A stretch of 54,108 nt of DNA from Macrostomum lignano (Eukaryota): the NCBI GenBank assembly GCA_002269645.1, contig NIVC01004226.1, positions 1 through 54,108 of the forward strand, given 5' to 3'. The notes under the pieces were generated by a model that was not told where the DNA came from, made no database searches, and saw only the letters and a list, made by a program, of their open reading frames with translations. The translations under genes were made by a program, and so were the position numbers. Every line of letters starts with the position of its first letter. The first letter of the stretch is position 1. Shown piece after piece: positions 12,868-26,300 of the stretch.

Positions 12868-13331
12868 CCCAGACAGGGGCGCCACCAAGAGACAGGGACG
12901 CCACCAAAAGACAGGAGCGCCAACCCAAGAGACAGGGGCGCAACCAAAAACAGTAGCGCCCACCAAGAGACAGTGGCGTCCACCAAGAGACAGGAGCGCC
13001 AACCCAAGAGACAGGAGCGCCAACCCAAGAGACAGGGGCGCCCACCAAAAGACAAGGGCGCCCACCAAGAGACAGGGACGCCCACCAAGAGACAGGGGCG
13101 CCCACCAAGAGACAGGGGCGCCCACCAAGAGACAGGGGCGCCCACCAAAAGACAAGGGCGCCCACCAAGAGACAGGGACGCCCACTAAGAGACAGGGGCG
13201 CCCACCAAGAGACAGGGACGCCCACCAAGAGACAGAGGCGCCGACCAAGAGACAGGAACGCCCACCAAGAGACAGGGGCGCCACCAAGAGACAGGGGCGC
13301 CCACCAATAAACAGGGGCGCCACCAAGAGAC
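12868..13331. repeat. 20-21-bp minisatellite (CCACCAAGAGACAGGGGCGC)
   Basis: About 23 units after a C11 tract; related to the reverse complement of the 41135-42835 array. Confidence 0.93.
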
Positions 13332-14379
13332 AGTGGGTGTCTTAATTTTGTACATGTATTTTTAACGCATTTACATTGTCTAAAACAGAAGCTGTTACAC
13401 ATGTATTGATCGTATGAGAGAGTTTCTGGCGACAGTATAGCTTTATTCGGTGACAAATTCCTTGTTCCCTGCATGGATTACCGACAACACTATACCTACT
13501 TGTTTTATGAATACATGCGAATCGGCTTAGCTACGATCGTACATGTATATTGCAGCAGATTAAGACTAGAGCTTATACTACAGCTAGCGTACTTGTACAT
13601 GTAAATCTAGGAAAGCAATTTTCTTGAAGGATTAACATTTGTAGGAAATGAAAAACAAATAATAATCAAGAATAAGTGTTGGCATGTACTTTTATTTTCC
13701 TAGTGCAGTATAGAATATGTAGATGATAAACTATTAAAATGAATTCCAGTTATGAACAGATTCCAATTTTGATTAGGCCTAAATCCCGGGATTTACCTAG
13801 GGACCACTACTACCCTATCCCGCTTTGCAATAATTCAAACATCCATTCTCGAGTACAGGTACAGGTACTGGTATTTGCAGCTGAAATACTGCAGAAATAC
13901 GAGTAAATCATAATTACCCAGTTATCCTACTTTGATTTCTTAATCTTTTAGTTTTAAGCATGCAGGCTAGTGAGTAGAAGGCTATAGGGCTGCAGAGACA
14001 CAAAACAGAAGCTGTTAGCAGGTCGCAAGGCAAGGGTATTTAAGGTGTAATAATGTATAACTAATTTAAGCAGTCCCTCCTTCAAAACTCATTGGCCGTA
14101 GTTGGGATTAGAACAGTGGGACCTTGCTATCGGACCACAACCAAAGCTACATGTACCAATTCTCTATCTAGGGGGGGGGGGGTGCCCCTGGGGAGTTTGA
14201 GGTCTGATCCCATTCTACCCAAGGACCACAAGGAACACTTCTAATAGTACTTGCTTCTACCCTGGTACGGTATCAGTACCTCGGGCCATAGCTCTGTAAG
14301 CTATCATCCCCCAGGTTACATCACAATCAAGTGTGATTTTCCTGAGCTGATCCTGGCATGTAAAACATCAACCAACAGT

Positions 14380-14839
14380 ACTATTGGAGCTTCATAAGCC
14401 TGTCCTGCGCAAGAAGTGGCCACAGACCCTGGCACTCGGTCCACTCCTTCTGCACGGCAATGCTAGTTCGCACACAGCACGCACTGTGCAGGACCTACTG
14501 CGGGACTACCAGTGGGAGGTTCTGCTCATCCTCTCACCCTCCTTACATGTACTCTCCAGAGACCTCATACTCATATTCTCTGTGTGATTTCGACCTCTTC
14601 CCAAAGCTCAAGAACCAGCTTTGAGGGCGTCGTTTTTACTGCCTGGACCTGTTCAGCGAGGTCCGCCGCATTGCAAATCTGGCGCTGCTGACGGCATCTA
14701 GAAGTTGCCTGCCAGCTGGGAACTCTCGATTCAAACCAATTAGAGTTATTTTGAGCGATTTTTAGCAGTTCGTTGTTCTGACACTCGTTTGTTGAAAATT
14801 AAATAAGTGTTTGCTGAAACCTTTGGGATGACCATCGTA
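14380..14839 (+). mobile_element. 5'-truncated, decayed mariner remnant (different family from 6294-7586)
   Basis: Fragments LLLHGNASSHTA, WEVL..YSP, CDFDLFPKLKNQL, G..KLP..W; right end GGGATGACCATCG-TA resembles a mariner TIR. Confidence 0.8.
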
Positions 14840-16932
14840 GAGCAGATTTTGGAAAACATTTTTACCTCATGGGCCAGAACCTACTAGCTCATGGTTACGG
14901 GCCATGGATATGAGAGGAAAATAAGAGGGAATAAAGTGAGAAGAAAGAGGAGAGAGAAGAGGAGAGGAGAGAAGATGGGAGAGGAGGAGAAGAGAGAAGA
15001 GGGGGGAAGGAGAGAACTGAGAAGAGTGAAGAAAATAGTGGAAAGAGAGAAGGAAGCTGAGAAGAGGACATTGAGCGGGCCAGATTGCAGTTTTTGAAGT
15101 TTCTGGATCGCATTTCTGGAGACACGGCCTTGTGTCTAATTTCAATCCGACGTTTCAACGTCTCCAGAAAATTTATCACAATAAAAACGTTGTCATCGTC
15201 GGTGTACTGTAAAAAGACCTATTTGTCGGCGATAGACGTCGGAATGCTGCACGGGATACACACACGTGCATGTACGTATATACAAGTGCCAAGCATACAT
15301 ATATACTTCAAGAGGCCATTTTTGTTTGTAAACGGACACAAGCCGACAGAAAAAATAATTAATGTTCATTATATTTACGCTCTTTATCGACATGAAACCA
15401 AACATGCGAGGTAATATATAGATAATGCTGGTATTGCAATGTTTTAATCTCGAAAGAGACGTTACGCATTTATAGTCTGCAGGGAGAGATGAACACGATG
15501 ACGCGTTTAAGCGCACAATAACCACACAAACAATATCATCACCCTGAACATGTCGTAGTAGGTACGCGCAGAAGTCTGGCGAGTTGTGCCAAATAAACGA
15601 ATAATGCTTGGTGCGTACGCCTGTCTAATAACAATTAATTAAGTTGCAGTGGCTTAGACATACCTTAGCTACTAAACACTTCCGCCTGAAAAAAACATGT
15701 AAAATATAGTACTAATATTAAGTTCGCAAATATAATAAGAATTATAGCAGTGCAGTATAACTGTAATATTTTATTGGGACACAATCACGCACCAAAATTT
15801 GCAAAAAAAACTCAGACTTCAAAGCAACAGAAACTAATCTGATCGGCATTTATTCAAGGAAGCCGGAAATTTCCTTTACCAGATCTTTTTACATTACTTC
15901 CGACGGATGACAACGTTTTACGTCGGCCAAACGTCGTTGTGATGTAAAAGTACTTTTTTCCAACCACGCCGATAAGCGTCGGAAACACCAAGGCGACGCT
16001 TGAAAAAAGACCTCATTAACTTCTATAACAAATTTAAATCCAAAAACAACATACGCTCGTAATAATATTGGACAAAAAACACGACTGAACAGAATACAAG
16101 CCAAAACAAATATTAAGCCGAATCTATACACTCAATTTTATGCCTTGAATCACGGTTTCGGGTGGCGCAACTTCTGCCCGTCTGTGCAAGGAACAATTGC
16201 TGACCTTTTCGGGCTATTGCTAGCAAACATTTTGAAAAGCCATCAGCAAAATACCAAAAAACAGACTGCGAAAGCAACAGAAAGATTGCTGCATAGTAGA
16301 CATGTTTAAGAAAAAATTGTCAAGCAAATTCATTTAGAAAGTTTCACAGAATTTAACAGAAAAATCTCAGAAAAGTTAGACAACACACAGAAAATTAACA
16401 GTATGAAGTTTGCACAATTCTTGTACTCAGAGGCAAACAAAAATTGAAACGGGTACCCAAAGACCATTGACTGTTTATTGTTGACCATTGAAACACGTCA
16501 AGTGCGCAAAAAAAACAAGTTTTATCACTAAGACAGCAAAAACAGCGGATAAATTTAAACCATATTCCACAATCACATCGAGAACAGCAACCGCTAACTA
16601 AACATCACTAGTGACTCTGCGTGCTCAAGATTGTTAAAATAAAACTTTAAACTAGTCCGAACCGATTGAACATTGATTTGAGCAATCTTTGACCCGCGGA
16701 GTTACTAGCGACAATGTGAACCGTCTCAATAAAGATAGCTATACTTTAGTGGATAGCAAGCACTTTATCTGAGCCGAAGCTGAACAAGTCTGCATTTTCC
16801 CAAGGCTTCAGACTGGGTTATTAATCAATTATTGGGCGTTGATCATCATCCTAAAATTAATTCCCTCCAAGCGTCAAGCAACCACTACAAATGCCGAGTC
16901 GAGATTAATCTATTTCTCAAAATTACTATTGG

Positions 16933-17379
16933 TTTTGTCAGCCTAACTGAGAATAAAGCCATCCAAAGTGAGAATCCTGCCTACGCTGACTGCGAAGGGC
17001 CTGGCTGCGTGCAGCCTTAGTCTATGGGCCATAGACTATAAAGGACAAGCAAAGTGATAAAAAGCCATCCAATGTGAGAATCCTGCCTACGCTGAATACG
17101 AAGGGCCTAGCTGCGTCCAGCCTAGTCTATGAGCCATAGACTATAAAAGGATAAGCTAGGATTGGCTAGTCATATGGCTCAGAAGCTCAGAAGGTATAAA
17201 AATAAAAGAATACGACGCATAGACCAATCGATTCTCACATTGGATGGCTTTTTATCACTTTGCTTGTCCTTTATTGTCTATGGCCCATAGACTAAGGCCG
17301 CACGCAGCCAGGTCCTTCGCAGTCAGCGTAGGCAGGATTCTCACTTTGGATGGCTTTATTCTCAGTTAGGCTGACAAAA
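16933..17379. mobile_element. Foldback/MITE-like element with ~150-bp inverted arms and internal ~105-bp tandem duplication
   Basis: 16933-17082 is the near-perfect reverse complement of 17230-17379; unit AAGCCATCCAA..CATAGACTATAAA repeated at ~16957 and ~17063. Confidence 0.85.
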
Positions 17380-17576
17380 GCAATATTTGCTAGGTAAAGC
17401 TATCTATATATGAAAACTCCTCTTAGGGGCATTAAAGCCTTAATATATTCTGTAATAGGAAAATCCAGAGATATTGATATCGACCCAGGATCTGGCCAAA
17501 CTAACAAACTTTTGGGGACAGCACGAACCTTGCATAGAATTCCATCAATAGAAACTCAGCCAGTCAGTTAACTCAA

Positions 17577-20486
17577 TCAAGCCCTGGACTGTTGCAGAAG
17601 TCTGTCCAGTTTGTCCTCGATGCGGGCTAGACGAGACTCCATCTCTCGACTGCGACTCTGCACGGTGGTCAAGCTGGTCATCATAAACGCTTGATTGCGA
17701 TGCATCTCAGTCAGACTAACCGAGCTGTCAGCTAGACGCTTCTGATCGCCTCGAAGGTCTCGGATCCGGTGAATCGAGTGTAAAAGTCTTCGTTGGTGTT
17801 TCAACGTTTTGCCTGTGTTGCCAGCCTTTTTGTACTTGTAGGACAGCCAGCCCTCTTTAAGGATGTTCGCCGCCGCGTGTTTCACCTGTTTGTCCAGCTC
17901 AATATCGATGACAAAGTTGTGCACGTATTTTTCTGCCCGAGACAGTTCAAGTTTGCGGGCGAGCACCGCAACAACCAGAGCCGTGACACCGGTGCCAAAG
18001 AGGCCTGTGTGCAGTTTTAGACAGAAGTATTTTAGCTTAGTTGCTCGTAGTTTTTTGGAGACGAGGAAAGCAGCCATACTCATTTACCTGATCCTTGAGC
18101 ACGCAGATGCCCGCGGGTATACATACGAGATACTTTTCTCAGCGTGTACACTGAGACCAATTGACTTTTTTTATCGTCAGCAGTCTATTCACCCTACGCC
18201 TTGTTGGTGGGTTACCTTACAGCGGTCGGTAATGTGGCTCTTAGTGAACGAATGGATAGAACAGGCTTAATGGGTAAAGTCTTTTGTGAGGAGACCAAAA
18301 AGTGTTATTAAAGTGGTACTATGGACATTGTGATAATTATAGACTGTTGGTAAAGTGTTAGTAATTGTCATTCATGCACATGTGATTTTGTCGATCAAGA
18401 ATTACCAATTATACCGAATCATTCGTCGATTGCGTTTCAAGCTTAATTGTTTTTTACAACGCGTGGGCAGTATGGAAGAAGGTCTGACTCATACATAGCT
18501 TACTAAGTTAGCTTTTTTATTCTTCATATGCCAGATTTGCGCCCCTACTCCAATTTGAGCAAGCACTTTGTAAGCTAACTACTGCATGCTCGTCAGTGTT
18601 ACATGCAGATTTTACTATTCATACCAGCAAGCTGTCCTACATTCGCGACATTTTCATGTTGTTGCAGGTTCATGTTAATCCGATCAAGCTATCCAAACAT
18701 GCCGATCGAACTTTGTAAATAGAATCGAGCGTATTGGACAACCAAATTTGGTATGCGTTAGTAGCTAGGTAGGCTGCCAAAGTTGCGCTATCCGATTCAT
18801 GCCTTAGATTAGCTTTGATTAAAAGCTTTTTTGACACTAGGATCGGCGGAGCGTTAAGTTGATACTTTTGAGACTGCTGAGTTTAGGATCTTAATAATTT
18901 TTGGAAAACAAAACAACTATAGTGTCTTGCTAATGTCGGTGCCTAGATGATTCCTAAAACTCTTCACGCTGTCGATTAGTGCGTTATTCCTGCAGAAGGG
19001 CGGTTCAAACAGGAATTAGTAAATGTAGCAATAATAATTGCAATATCTGGCGCAACGCCTTAGGCGACATGGTCCCGCAACCAGCCCTGAGGCAATTTCA
19101 CCCATTCCGCTGATTCGTACTCATGCGCAGGCGAATTTACCGCTAAGCAACTCTGCACCACTCAAACAGTCACCTATTTTTCCCTAGGAACTATACTAGG
19201 AGTATTCGATAGTTCAGCTTCGTGGTCATACGCCGCGGACTTTGGACTGGATGATTCTACCACAGATTTAAACTCGAGAGGCCGGAATCCCTTGGCCTAA
19301 TTTTTTACTTACCAGTGAGCACGGCAATGCCTCGACCACAGTAAGACGCCGGTACAATGTCACCGTATCCAACAGTTAGAAATGTGATGGCTGTCATCCA
19401 CATGCTGTTTAGAAAGTTCCTGTGCTCCTGACCGTGGTACATCTCGCAGGCGCGAACTGCCCAAGATGCCCAGATGAACAGGAACAGAGCCATTACTGTT
19501 AGAACGTACTCTGGATAGAGATTCATCAAGGATTTGAAGATGAACCGGAAGTTAAAGTGGATCCTATTCAAAGCGCCCAGACTCTGCGACGAAGCGTCCT
19601 GGTACAGGCGACTGTGCAGCATCATGACTCGGCAGACCAGATAGAATCTTAGAAACATGGGCAGACTGAAGATTACGTCGATAGGAATCACCTGAGCAGA
19701 GCAGGAAACGATTTTTTGTTAATTAATCGGTAAAAGGACTGTAACTATCAGTTCATCAGTAAAGTCCCTACTAAAGCGGATTTGAGCTTGTATTTATACG
19801 AGCCGTAGCTCGAATTATGCATATACCGATGCGGATATGAAAGCGAACTATGAATCAAAGTCCTAAAAGTTCCAACTCAACATGGAAATAACTCCTTGAC
19901 TTCACTCACTGGAGTGACTTGTATATTATTGAACAACATAACTTACCTGAAGCAGTCGCACTCTCTTGGTGTCGTCGTACACCAGCATCTGGACTTCGTG
20001 CTGTCCTGGTATCGGGTGCACGGCACACACCAGCAGCTCAAGAGCGAGATGGAAACCTCGTGACATAGTGATGGCTAGCCGCCAGTCATCGATGGAGTTA
20101 TCAATCATGAATACCTTGATGTCCAAGTAGTGGTACCAGGTGATAAAGCCAAGAAGAATAGCCGTGGTGATGCTAATTAGACTCTTCACGATGATAGATC
20201 CGGGCTGGCCTTTGTTGAACACGTTCGCCATGCACAACTCGGTTTCAACAATCATTAGCACGATGCCAAGCATGGCAAAGAATAAGCTCAAATCGGCGAT
20301 TAGCTTCCGCCTAACGAACAGCTCCTTGCGACGGGCTAAACGAGCGCCAACATTCTCGTATTTGTAGGTCTTAGGCTGCTCGCCGACAGACGAACCGTAG
20401 CTGCTGCCGTTCATGCTGCCGCCTTTGCCGACTAAAGGTATGCCGGGGTCCTCGACTATACTGCTGCCCTGCGCCTTGCCGCTCAT
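17577..20486 (-). CDS. KCNN: Small-conductance Ca2+-activated K+ channel (SK/KCa2), ~448 aa, 3 coding exons
   Basis: Exons 20486-19947, 19691-19313 and 18004-17577 splice in frame (phases 0 and 1). S1 [14 protein letters not shown], pore [10 protein letters not shown]6 [19 protein letters not shown], CaM-binding [13 protein letters not shown]-terminal coiled coil. Confidence 0.96.
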
Positions 20487-20524
20487 GCCAACTCAACAAT
20501 GCAGCCGCTGCAGCTAATGTGTGG

Positions 20525-20958
20525 GCTCCTGGGGGTTGCGTGGAATGTGGACGCGGATGTGGATGCGGATGTGGATGTGGATGTGGATGCGGATGTGGAT
20601 GTGCATGTGGATGCGGATGTGGATGTGCATGTGGATGTGGATGCGGATGTGGATGCGGATGTGGATGCGGATGCGGATGCGGATGCGGATGCGGATGTGG
20701 ATGTGAATGTGGATGCGGATGTGAATGTGCATGTGGATGTGGATGCGGATGCGGATGTGGATGCGGATGTGGATGCGGATGCGGATGTGGATGCGGATGC
20801 GGATGTGGATGCGGATGTGGTCGCAGGTGTAGATATTAATGTGGATGCGGATGTGGATGCGGATGTAGTCGCAGGTGTAGATACTAATGTGGATGCGGAT
20901 GTGAATGTAGATGCAGATGAGAATGTGGATGCGGATGTGGATGCGAATGTGGACGCAT
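20525..20958. repeat. Hexamer microsatellite (GATGCG/GATGTG)n just upstream of the SK start codon
   Basis: About 70 units; probably in a 5'UTR intron (CTGCAG acceptor near 20510 on the minus strand). Confidence 0.93.
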
Positions 20959-21832
20959 GATGGATGGATAAATATTTGGAGTCATGATGGATGTTACATT
21001 GGATACACATGATAATATGTCTAGTGGCTTTGCAGGTGCAAATAATTCGTACTCAAATGCATTATTGATAAAAAATAAATGCCAGAAATTATAACCTGTA
21101 AATGATGTCGTCAAAAATGGCACATAAGCTCTTCTAAGAAAATATGTTTCTGATGTCACGAAGAAACTGGAAGAACTTCTTTAGACTGAAGACGCAAACT
21201 ATTTATTTGAGAAGCTCAAATTTAGACGCATGGAAGGCTAAAAATGGCATGCAGAATTCTCACTTACCACCGCATCGAGACAGGGAAAGACAGAAGTTGA
21301 AAAGCCAAGCGCTTAATTTTGGTCAGTCGACAGATGTGTTAGCAAGTAATATTTGTCAAGTCTCAGCTATTGAACCTATGGCAACAACTTGAGGCGAGGG
21401 TTGCCGGCTGGGTGGAGCAGTGAGCAGTAATCGAAGACAACTCAACTTTTCTAGTGAAATAATCTAGCGAAAATCGGAGAACAGCGTACTGGAGTTGAGA
21501 AGGTGAGGCGGGGAGAGGATTAAGAAAAAAACGACTGCTGTCCGTTAGACTCAATTTATAACGGCAACTGACAGTTGTTGAGCTGCCTTCTCAAAGCTGC
21601 AATAGCAGACTAAAGCTGAATGGGTGTATAGATTGGCTTTCACACTCTCTTTCTGTCAGAGGAATAGAAATATTTTTGCGAACAAACTGAGACGGAGGGC
21701 GGGAAAGCTGCAGAGGAACTTTCGATTTGAGTAACTGGACTCTTCCGTGGGCGCGAAGTGTAGCACTGCTGTGAAACTCTGAAGACTATCGCTGTGTGCG
21801 TGGGGCGTCTGTCCTCTACTATTCTCCTCTTG

Positions 21833-21865
<33 letters not shown>

Positions 21866-22019
21866 CGAGTAGACTCCCAGAATTCAGAACTACACTGACG
21901 GACAATGGTCAGCTCCTAGCCGCTCTGTCTCACTCTGTCTAGATTCGCTAGCAAGAAGGATTTTTTCAGTCGCAGTGTTTGCCGATCAAACTGAAATGCT
22001 TTACCCCCATTCTTTCCTC

Positions 22020-22064
<45 letters not shown>
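21833..22064. repeat. (GA)n tract 21833-21865 and (CT)n tract 22022-22063
   Basis: Visible directly; in the presumed SK 5' region. Confidence 0.9.
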
Positions 22065-22066
<2 letters not shown>

Positions 22067-23107
22067 CCACGTATTCCCAAGAGTCACAGGCCATAATCTA
22101 CTGGAGGAGGCGGAGGCGGAGTAGTAGGTAGCAAAGGACTTGGAAGGCTTGACTGAACAGGAAAAAAAACGGGCGGAGAAAGGGGAGGTACACGGTGGGT
22201 TGGCTTGATCGGGTATTTTTGGCATTGAACAAATTGAAATAAGACCCAATGCTCAACGGTGCGGCTGCAGAGAGTGAGAGACGCGCGGGCGTGAGCTGTC
22301 TTGCAGGACGTGTGCGTGGCTCCAAGCATCCGCTAGACCGTTTTGTGTACGAACCATTCATTCCCCTCCAATAGGAGTAGCTATCTGCTGGTGAGCGAGT
22401 GAGAGAAGGCAAATTCGCGGCGTCAAGACACAGGAGCCCAGATAGCTAAATGAAGATAGAGCTGTATGGATTTGGAAATTAACCCAGCTCTCGTTGTGTG
22501 CATATGAGGGGGCGTTAAATAGGAGAAAAAGCACGCGAGCGGACGAGCTGCCTGCCTTCAAGTACTCTTGAAAAGCGAAATAAAAGATTATAGAGCATAA
22601 GAAATAGGGCGTTAGAGAAATAATAATGAAAATCGATAGTTTGAGTATTGGTCTCCAGTTGCAGTGAACAGTTGTGACAGCTGCTTGAGCGCCGTGGACT
22701 CACATTCTCCTCATCGAGTACGACTTCCCTGGTTTCAGGCTTAACGCATTAGCGACATTACCTTATTTTTAGAATTTTTTTGGTGCCTCGGAGAAAACAA
22801 AAAAAGTTTTTGCGCAGGAAAACCTGGCAAAAGGAACCCAACCATATTTTTAATTTAGTTTAGTTCCGAAATATTTGAGATTTGGTGATAAACTTGGTGA
22901 TTTAGTATGGCTATAAGAATTTGTACCGATGAGGAGAAATGCAGATAGACAAGCATGAATTTGTTCGTAACGGAATTGGGTAGATTGATCAATTGAATCG
23001 GGAAAAAATTAAAATGCGGGCACTCGGATAGATGCAAATTCCAGTACGTGTAGATCACTTAAAAGTAGACAGTCGTGTAGATAACAAAAATTGGTATTTA
23101 GGTACCT

Positions 23108-23917
23108 AAACAGCAGTAGACATTCAGGAAGATAAACAGCAGTAGACATTCAGGAAGATAAACAGCAGTAGACATTCAGGTAGATAAACAGCAGTAGACA
23201 TTCAGGAAGATAAACAGCAGTAGACATTCAGGTAGATAAACAGCAGTAGACATTCAGGTAGATAAACAGCAGTAGACATTCAGGTAGATAAACAGCAGTA
23301 GACATTCAGGAAGATAAACAGCAGTAGACATTCAAGTAGATAAACAGCAGTAGACATTCAGGTAGATAAACAGCAGTAGACATTCAAGTAGATAAACAGC
23401 AGTAGATATTCAGGTAGATAAACAGCAGTAGATATTCAGGTAGATAAACAGCAGTAGACATTCAGGAAGATAAACAGCAGTAGACATTCAGGTAGATAGA
23501 TAAACAGCAGTAGACATTCAGGTAGATAGATAAACAGCAGTAGACATTCAGGAAGATAAACAGCAGTAGACATTCAGGAAGATAAACAGCAGTAGACATT
23601 CAAGTAGATAAACAGCAGTAGACATTCAGGAAGATAAACAGCAGTAGACATTCAGGTAGATAGATAAACAGCAGTAGACATTCAGTAGATAAACAGCAGT
23701 AGACATTCAAGTAGATAAACAGCAGTAGACATTCAAGTAGATAAACAGCAGTAGACATTCAGTAGATAAACAGCAGTAGACATTCAGTAGATAAACAGCA
23801 GTAGACATTCAAGTAGATAAACAGCAGTAGACATTCAAGTAGACAAACAGCAGTAGACATTCAAGTAGATAAACAGCAGTAGACATTCAAGTAGATAAAC
23901 AGCAGTAGACATTCAGG
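23108..23917. repeat. 23-29-bp minisatellite (TAAACAGCAGTAGACATTCAGGTAGA)
   Basis: About 32 units. Confidence 0.95.
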
Positions 23918-24362
23918 TTGAGAACTTTTGTGAACGGAAGTTGGCTTCGGGGTTTGGCCTCACCAGCAAAAAGATCTTTCTGTTTTTTTGCATACTGGTC
24001 CGAGGACTGATCCGCAAACCGAGTCCCAAACGGAAGTGTAAAATTTTCTGCGATCTGAACGACTCATTCTTTATTTCTTCTTTTGATTGCTAGCGAGATT
24101 ACATATGCTCAGCTTGGTTTACAGCCCCGATCTCGGGGCTTATCGCTTTGTTCACAGTTTCTCAGCTATGTAATAGTATAATCCCCCCGACCGCCTTATG
24201 CACTGGCAATTGAGCTGGGAGAATTTTTAGGATTCGTACTTTTACATACTGCGAAACACCAACTTAGTGTTATCGATTTTTTCACCAAAATCGATATTTT
24301 ATTAATAACTTCGCATATATGCTCGTATAATTACAGCCTTTAAAGAATGCTCTTAAATATTT

Positions 24363-24490
24363 GGGAGACTGGCCCAGCAACTGAGGATCTGGGAGGCTGG
24401 CCCAGCAACTGAGGATCTGGGAGACTGACACTCTGGGAGGCTGGCCCAGAAACTGACACTCTGGGAGGCTGGCCCAGCAACTGAGGATCT
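24363..24490. repeat. Second copy of the 27-bp minisatellite seen at 750-1176
   Basis: Same unit and orientation, about 5 units, some with an ACTGACACTCT variant. Confidence 0.9.
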
Positions 24491-25121
24491 GATCGAGAGA
24501 AGAAGACAGAGATGAAGGTGAAAGGGGTGAACAAATCAATTAAAAGAAAACCATCGAAGTTCCAGAAAAAGAACCCAACTGCAAAGACCCACTCCGAAGA
24601 GCAGGGCTCTCATGCCTTTTAAAACTCTAAGAATTCAGACAATTTCAAAAGCTTCATTACTTATTTTTTCACCTTCAATTGACCCTGAAACCACAATGCC
24701 GTTATCATCTCAGTCGATGACTTGTTTTGAATGCTAAATTTTAAAGATAAATAAGTACTGGTATTATCCTGACAATTTTTTTTGCTATTTGTTCAACTTT
24801 AATTTTTAATTAATTAAGCAGTTTAGTTTGGTAAGGCTTACCTGCAATGAGGATATCTTCTTGCTAGTTTGAAAAGCTATGCAGATTTGCAAAAATATCT
24901 TTTTCTATTTTTCAGCGCGTAGAAATCACACTTTAGCTTGCTGGCTTATAGGCTTATGAGGAGGCTTCTTAATCTAAAAAGCTCCGCTCCCCATGATCCC
25001 ATTGGTTGAACTGTCTGCCTGACATTGGCCTGATGTGGGAACATCAGTTAGATACACTGTGGGAAGCCTGAGTTGAGCTCGGTGAGAGTCCAGGATGGGG
25101 ATTTATAGGGGTGAGAGGGAG

Positions 25122-25712
25122 ATGAAGGGTGAGAGGGAGACGGAGGGTGAGAGGGAGATGGAGGGTGAGAGTGAGATGGAGGGTGAGAGGGAGATGCAGG
25201 GTGAGAGGGAGATGGAGGGTGGGAGAGAAATCGAGGGTGAGAAGCAGATGGAGAGTGAGAGGGAGATGGAGGGTGAGAGGGAGATGCAGGGTGAGAGGGA
25301 GATGGAGGGTGAGGGGCAGATGGAGTCTGAGAGGGAGATCGAGGATGAGAGGGAGATGCAGGGTGAGAGGGAGATGGAGGGTGGGAGAGAAATCGAGGGT
25401 GAGAAGCAGATGGAGAGTGAGAGGGAGATGGAGGGTGAGAGGGAGATGCAGGGTGAGAGGGAGATGGAGGGTGAGGGGCAGATGGAGTCTGAGAGGGAGA
25501 TCGAGGATGAGAGGGAGATGCAGGGTGAGAGGGAGATGGAGGGTGAGGGGCAGATGGAGGGTGGGAGAGAAATCGAGGGTGAGAAGCAGATGGAGGGTGA
25601 GAGGGAGATGGAGGGTGAGAGGGAGATGGAGGGTGAGAGGGAGATGGAGGGTGAGAAGCAGATGGAGGGTGAGAAGCAGATGCAGGGTGAGAAGCAGATG
25701 GAGGGTGAGAGG
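25122..25712. repeat. 18-bp purine-rich minisatellite (GAGGGTGAGAGGGAGATG) with ~162-bp higher-order period
   Basis: Variant GGGAGAGAAATCGAG recurs at ~25221, ~25383 and ~25563. Confidence 0.92.
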
Positions 25713-26207
25713 GAAGCGATCAGGGAGAGAGGGGTATATGATACGAATATTACTCACTCAGAGGAAAAGATACGGGGTAATGGAACGAGTCCAAGTCTTC
25801 ACCATGAACTCTATTTAGCTTGTAATAAAAAATTAATTTCATAATCCGAACGCAAGCCACTGAAACAAAAATCGTTAATAAGGCATTGATTTTTGAAACT
25901 CTGCTAGAAAGCTCCGTTCTCCCCCCCCCCACCCCGACAAACTCTGGGGCGACGGGCTATTAGAATTCCAAAAATAAACCACCAAACGAAAGATTATATC
26001 ACTTCGGATCAGTGCTTGCCTGTCTGGCCCCGAAAATAGGCTTCTTAAGCTGCCTCCCCGCTGCAAGGATCAATGATGAAGACGGCTCATGCTAATGAAT
26101 CCTGGACAAGATTTCTGAGCCAGATTGAAATCAAACCTAAAATAGATGCAGCCATGGAGCTGATTGAAATGAAAGCTGTAGCTTTCTCCCCTCTTGATGC
26201 CCCCTGA

Positions 26208-26300
26208 ACTGCTTTTGGCGCTTCCTGACGGCCCTTTTTGGCGCTTCCTGACGCTCCTTTTTTGGCGCTTCCTGACGCTCCTTTTGGCGCTTCCTGACGC
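26208..26300. repeat. ~20-bp tandem repeat (TTTTGGCGCTTCCTGACGC) x4
   Basis: Visible directly. Confidence 0.8.

Noticed and set aside
15146-15920. Additional MITE suggested by a ~20-bp inverted match (15183-15202 vs 15899-15920)
   Set aside because: Could not define termini or a TSD.
20483-21010. Mucin-like, Asp/Ala-rich or Cys/Gly-rich ORFs
   Set aside because: These are translations of a hexamer microsatellite; in-frame stops separate it from the SK ATG.
25044-25844. 230-250-aa E/G/R-rich ORFs
   Set aside because: An 18-bp minisatellite open in several frames on both strands; no unique coding flanks.
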